Assembly: GCA_013265495.1 (NCBI GenBank)
Contig: MU057719.1
Location: 870,001 to 930,000 of the forward strand
Origin: Vicugna vicugna
Lineage: Eukaryota
Reading direction: 5' to 3'
Length of the DNA: 60,000 bases
Of this stretch, positions 25,601 through 60,000 are shown one piece after another; the first letter of the stretch is position 1; every line of letters starts with the position of its first letter. The position numbers were made by a program, and so were the translations under genes. Under the pieces are notes generated by a model. It was not told where the DNA came from. It made no database searches and was given only the letters and a program-made list of their open reading frames with translations.

Positions 25601-25976
25601 TGAGAGGAAGGCTGTGCGCAGCCTCTGAGGGCCTGGCGTGCCACGCTGAAGCCTCTGGTTTCCTGCTGGAGGCGGTGGGGAGCCCCGGGTCTGAGCAGGG
25701 GAAAGAGCGGGTGAAGTGCCCAGCTCCAGGCTGGCTAACTCTAGCAGGGGCCATGAAGCTCGTGCTGGGCGGGAGGACCCTGGGTTCCCGCGTGACCCGG
25801 CACCCCCTCTCCATCCCCAGAATGCCTTCGGCCTCCAGGTGCCTTTCTTCTTCTTCGCCGCCATCTGCTTGGTGAACCTGGCGTTCACTGGCTGCTGTGT
25901 GCCTGAGACCAAGGGCCGGTCACTGGAGCAGATCGAGTCCTTCTTCCGCACCGGGAGGAGGTCCTTTCTGCGCTAG
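19401..25976 (+). CDS. SLC2A6: SLC2A6 (GLUT6) facilitative hexose transporter family member, full coding span, 10 exons, 1524 nt = 507 aa + stop
   Basis: Exons join in frame (92+163+207+100+212+153+109+186+146+156=1524). N-terminus MQEPLLG with dileucine signal; sugar-porter motifs [27 protein letters not shown]. Confidence 0.98.
20050..20212 (+). CDS. SLC2A6: SLC2A6 exon 2
   Basis: cag acceptor; [25 protein letters not shown]...ASWFG; donor gtaagg. Confidence 0.96.
20745..20900 (-). mobile_element. MIR SINE fragment (others near 14970, 23750, 30050, 37540, 39550, 43620, 50720)
   Basis: MIR core acagctgaggaaactgaggctcaga..gctaag..tgcccaag. Confidence 0.6.
21213..21419 (+). CDS. SLC2A6: SLC2A6 exon 3
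   Basis: [11 protein letters not shown]...LGRKLSIM...TAACIP; ag/gt boundaries. Confidence 0.96.
21980..22079 (+). CDS. SLC2A6: SLC2A6 exon 4 (GC donor)
   Basis: [33 protein letters not shown]; donor gcaagt is needed to keep the frame. Confidence 0.93.
22691..22902 (+). CDS. SLC2A6: SLC2A6 exon 5
   Basis: [15 protein letters not shown]...MPNSPRFLL...QDNVRRQ; ag/gt. Confidence 0.96.
23323..23475 (+). CDS. SLC2A6: SLC2A6 exon 6
   Basis: [12 protein letters not shown]...[18 protein letters not shown]; ag/gt. Confidence 0.96.
24055..24163 (+). CDS. SLC2A6: SLC2A6 exon 7
   Basis: [36 protein letters not shown]; ag/gt. Confidence 0.96.
24494..24679 (+). CDS. SLC2A6: SLC2A6 exon 8
   Basis: [13 protein letters not shown]...PNST loop-9 sequon...LATMLFIM; donor gtaagt. 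Confidence 0.95.
24803..24948 (+). CDS. SLC2A6: SLC2A6 exon 9
   Basis: [23 protein letters not shown]...KSFLLVV; ag/gt. Confidence 0.96.
25821..25976 (+). CDS. SLC2A6: SLC2A6 exon 10 (coding part)
   Basis: [12 protein letters not shown]...[28 protein letters not shown] stop. Confidence 0.96.
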   Translation, partial: NAFGLQVPFFFFAAICLVNLAFTGCCVPETKGRSLEQIESFFRTGRRSFLR

Positions 25977-26567
25977 GGCAGGGTCCCCGCCCGAGAGGCC
26001 AAACCACTGGGCGGCCGGAGCTGTGCACTGGCCGCAATCCTACACCTCATGTCCAGGAGGCAGCAGCAACTCGCCTTCGGCCAGAGCACAGGAGGACCGG
26101 CCAGAAGCGGGGTGGCCCCCAGCACATGTTCTGGCTCTGGGCAGGCGGCACACCGTGCAGCCTCGGCCTTGGCTCAGGCAGCCTGCGCTGTCGCACCCGC
26201 ATCGGCTGAGACCCGCTGGCAAAGGAGGCAGCCACGTGGCCCGGGTCCAGGGACAAAGCCCAGCTGGGCAACCTGAGGCCTGGCTCCTCACTCACACACA
26301 GAGAGCTGTGCTGAGGACAGAGACAGGGCTGGAGCTGGTGGTGTGGCCCCGCGCAGGTCATCGGCACCTCACCCTATTCTCATCACTTGGTGACCATCAG
26401 CATCTTGGCTCTGGGGAGGAAGACAGAAGTGCACCTCTGCGGGCTTGTGGACACCACAGGGAGCATTCTGGACTGCCAGATCCAGCACAGACGCTTCCTT
26501 CTGCACCCACCCAACTTCTAGGAAGAGGGGTACTCAAGTGCAAAAGCACGCTCACCCAGTTTACAGA

Positions 26568-26573
26568 AATAAA
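26568..26573 (+). terminator. SLC2A6: SLC2A6 polyadenylation signal AATAAA
   Basis: AATAAA about 590 nt after the stop codon. Confidence 0.8.
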
Positions 26574-27414
26574 TCAGGCCACAGCCCAGAAGAGGAAGAA
26601 GTGGGGTTTACTCCAGGTGGGGGCTGGACCCACATTCTCCGCCCAGGTTCACCAGGGCCCATGGCACCAGGTAGGGCCCCTTCCATGGCCACCCCAACCT
26701 GTCCCAGCAAGGCAGAGACAAGGAAGGGGCGAGGCAGCCGTGGGGGAGAGCCCTGGGGTTGGCCCTGCCCACAACGCTCTGCCTGTGAGCTCGGGCTGAG
26801 ATGCTGTGAGCAGGCGGGCGCAGGGCCAGCAGCAGAGCAGGTACTTGATAAAATGGCAGTTCCTCCCAGGGCCAGTGGCCCCCACTCAGCCGGGGTGGGA
26901 CTGGGGCATCCCTACCACATACTCACGGCGCAGGGAGGAGGAAACGGGCAGAGCGCAAGCGAGCACACAACAAGCAGGCTTTACTGTGCAGAAAGCAGGC
27001 TGAGCACTGAGAGGGAACAAGGACCCGCAGAAGACAGCCCAGAGCAGAGGCGGCAGTGGGTCCTGGCAGCCCCACCCCTCCACCGCCTTGCGAGGCGGGC
27101 CCTCACGCTGGGAGACTGGACCACCGGCACCGGGACTGCTTGGCTGCACACACTGCGAACCTCAAGTGACCTTCCTGCTCTGGCCTGTGACCAAGGGGCT
27201 GAGGGCCTGCCCAACGCCCACCCAACTCCCTCCCAGGGCAGAGGGGCAACCTTCCCCGACACACAGCCAGCCCTTCTCCCGCAGCAAGGAGATCCCGTCA
27301 GCAAGGCCCCGGGGGCAGGAGCAGGAGAGACCCCCAAGTCTTACTTCCTGGGTAAGAGTGAGCCAAGAGGGGCAGGAGGTAGACAGGTCTTATTCGCTGC
27401 ACACGCAGGAGAAG

Positions 27415-27443
27415 ACACACACACACACACACACACACACACA
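27415..27443. repeat. (CA)n microsatellite in the putative CACFD1 3' UTR
   Basis: About 14 uninterrupted AC units. Confidence 0.9.
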
Positions 27444-29008
27444 GCCCCTCTGCAGGTTTTGAGAGGCCTCCAGCCTTTAGCCCTTTGAGCCCAGCAATGG
27501 CCTGAGGAAAGTGGCCCCAGAGGACCCCTGAAGGCACGTGTCCCACACACTGGCCGCACTGAAGCACCGACCAGCCACCCTGGGGCTCAGCCTGGTCAGG
27601 CTTCCTGGGGAGCTGCTGGGGGGACGCTGTGGGCCAGAAGCCCAGTGACGTGTCCCCAGGACAGGCAGGACCTCCCCTCCCCGCCTCCAACACTAACAAA
27701 CCCCAGAGGGGAAGCAGAGGCTGGGATGCAGGCCTGGGGCTGGCTCCACTGAGCGAGAGCGGCCCTGAGCTCTGGGCGCTCGGAGCAGGCCCAGCCCGGG
27801 GACTTGGAGGAGCAGCAGGAGCTGAGCCCCAGGCGGGCATGTCCACACCCACCCGCTTCCACCTGTGCTCCCCGGCTGGCCAGCCCATCAGACCTGCCCA
27901 GGGCTGAAGCCCAGTCCAGCAGAGCGGTCAGTGGGCTGAGGCGGATGGAGGGGACGGTGCAAGGAGGGAGGCTGGGGAGACAGCAGCACGTGTCCCAGGC
28001 AGGGCTGCTTCTACAACGGCCCTGGTGGCCTGACAGGGCGGGGACAGCTGGTGGGTGGGGGTGGAGGGCAGCGCTAGCCTGACCCAGCTCTCAGAAGGCA
28101 GGAAGCTCCCCAAGGGCAGGGCGGGGATGAGGCGGGGCCCATACCAGAGAAGTGGCCAGGCAGCCCCCCACCACCACCACCGCAGCTAGGAGAGCCTGCC
28201 CCATGCCACTTCCTTAGCACCAGGGCGGGGGCGGGGGGGGGAGCGTTCAAAGAACCTGGGGGCCAGCCAGGCCCATGGGGAGTGTCCTGGCTCTGTGCTG
28301 GTCTGAGGCTTCTGGAAACAGGGAGAGGGCAGGCTCAGCCAGCTGTCCTGTCGCTGCCAAGGCTGCTCTCGGGCACAGAGAACAGAGCGGCAGGGACCCT
28401 GGGACGTGGCAGGAGGCCGAGGGGGCAGGACACTGCCCCCCCCAAGACAGGAGGACAGAGGTGGCCCAAGTGGCTCAGCTTATAGGACGCTCTCCTACCC
28501 AGAGATCTGAGAGGAGGCTCGTCCTGGCCGATGCCCAGGCCTGGGGCTGACGTGCCTCCTACCACGAGACGGGCCAGTGTCTCCAGCAGCAGTTCCCCTC
28601 AGGGATTCGGCAGGTCTCCAGTGGTCCCACCAGCAGTGTAAGTCTGCTTCCGGCCAAGCCAGGCCGGCTGCGAAGAGTGGGGTCAGGTAGGCTGTCTGTG
28701 CAGAGCTGTGCAGGCTGCACTCTGCCTCAAGTCCTGCGGCCTGCCACCACTGCCCATCGCCTTGCTGCTGGCTACGGCCCCCAGAGCCCTCACCGCAGGC
28801 CCTCAGCACCCGGCTCGGGGCCAGAAGATGCCAATCCGGGGAGGGGCAGGCAGAGGACTCCAGGCACAGGGACAGGTGAGAGGGACCAATGGGCGCCAGG
28901 CACCAGCTCCTCTTCCAGGCTGTCCTCAGGGTCAATGCCGCTCAGGGATGTGCTCACACAGACCAGAGGGGCAAGCAGGGATCTCCGGAGGGTCGCCCTC
29001 AACCCACA

Positions 29009-36973
<7,965 letters not shown>

Positions 36974-37010
36974 TTATGTGAAGAAAACGCCACTCAGACC
37001 GCGCGTTCCG

Positions 37011-37016
37011 TTTATT
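37011..37016 (-). terminator. ADAMTS13: ADAMTS13 polyadenylation signal AATAAA
   Basis: tttatt on the + strand about 255 nt past the stop. Confidence 0.8.
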
Positions 37017-37271
37017 GGTACTCGAGGGGCTGGACGGCCTTTCCGAAGAGTCCCCCCTCCACATTTCACGTTGGAGGAGGCCCTAAAGGAGATACTTAAG
37101 GTCGGAGGGAATTGGGATTGGAGAGTACTCAGACACCAGTCAGTCCTCCAGCGCCAGCCAGGCATTTAGCAGGCGCTCATACATGACAGGTTCCTTCCTT
37201 CCCCTTCCAGGACTGGGAGAAGTCACCCACCGTGCCCAATGGTCAGCTGAAGGATGTGCTTGGAGAGGAAG

Positions 37272-59143
<21,872 letters not shown>

Positions 59144-59524
59144 TTAAGTGAAAGGATGGGACTTCGGGCCAACGTTTCTGCCTATTGTCTTCAAACACTT
59201 TTTTTTGTTCTCTCCAAACAAGCTAGATGGGGTAATTGTGATGGGTAGCCGTGACGTGACGGAGAAATGAAGCCGATGGGAAGGGGTGAATGTAGAAGTG
59301 GGCTTCCGGAGGGGGTAGCAGCCCTCCAGCCTTGTCCGTGCAGGCGGGGCGGGAACTCCCCAGCACTCCTAGAGGGGCCGAAAGGCCTGGGGGTGGGAGT
59401 GGGGGCTGGTGGGCAAGGGAGTTAGACACTCACTTTTGACTTTATGAGTCTCTGTGCTATTTGAATTTTCACAGCAAGCTGGTATTACACTCATAGTAAA
59501 AAGACTAAAAATCAAAAAGGAAAA

Positions 59525-60000
59525 TGAGGTGGGAAGCCCCATAAAAAGATCAGCAGGACCCCCAGGGCAGGGCCACTACTCTTCTGCCAGCACCATGCGG
59601 CTCCCTGACCCAGAGGCTCTATCTCACTTTTTCCCTCTGAAATGCCTTACTTACCTCTAAAATTCTACTGGTTCCCTGAGCTCACTTCTGATTGGTTATT
59701 TCTCTCACTCTTGATTGGTCCATTTCCCTAACTTCTGATTGGTCCATTTGTAGTACTTCATTTGCATGGAGCTCACTCCTGATTGGCTGTTTCTCTCCCT
59801 CCTGATTGGTCCATTTCTACAAAGCTTGTTCCTAATTAGTCAACTTTTGTTACACCTCATTTGCATATAACGTTGCAAAGTGTAAACTGGCAGCTTATAA
59901 AACCCAGTGCAAACGTACAGCTGGGGTCCAGAGCTTGGAAGTGTTAACTTTTCTGGGCCCGATGGTGTAGTAAACTTGAGTTCTCGAGTTCTCCTAGTGC
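59525..60000 (+). mobile_element. ERV LTR of the same family as 49271, in ADAMTS13 intron 6, truncated by the window end
   Basis: Shared start tgaggtgggaagcccca...cagggccactactct; longer TGATTGG array; ATTTGCAT x2; TATAAAA. Confidence 0.8.

Noticed and set aside
25897..27488. 300-aa and 347-aa ORFs after SLC2A6
   Set aside because: They lie in 3' UTR or intergenic GC-rich sequence, and one runs through a microsatellite; there are no protein-like features

Overview
This is GC-rich mammalian genomic DNA, probably camelid judging by the tRNA-derived SINEs. It is syntenic to human 9q34.2. The window holds about 19 kb of repeat-rich intergenic sequence, then the complete SLC2A6/GLUT6 gene (+ strand, 10 coding exons, 507 aa, one GC-AG intron) and the complete CACFD1/Flower gene (- strand, 5 coding exons, 171 aa). 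The rest is the 3' part of ADAMTS13 (- strand, exon 7 to the last exon; exon 8 falls in a 347-N gap). The main novelty is a remodelled ADAMTS13 distal region. The exon orthologous to human TSP1-6 is a dead pseudo-exon (in-frame TAG, 15-nt deletion, GT>AT donor). An intact extra 180-nt TSP1 exon, not in human ADAMTS13 as I recall it, lies just upstream and can replace it in frame. The spacer carries a natural N-glycan sequon at the position of human K608, the C-terminal tail differs, and exon 21 sits in a perfect 744-bp tandem duplication that may be an assembly artefact. All human comparisons are from recalled sequence, not computed alignment.
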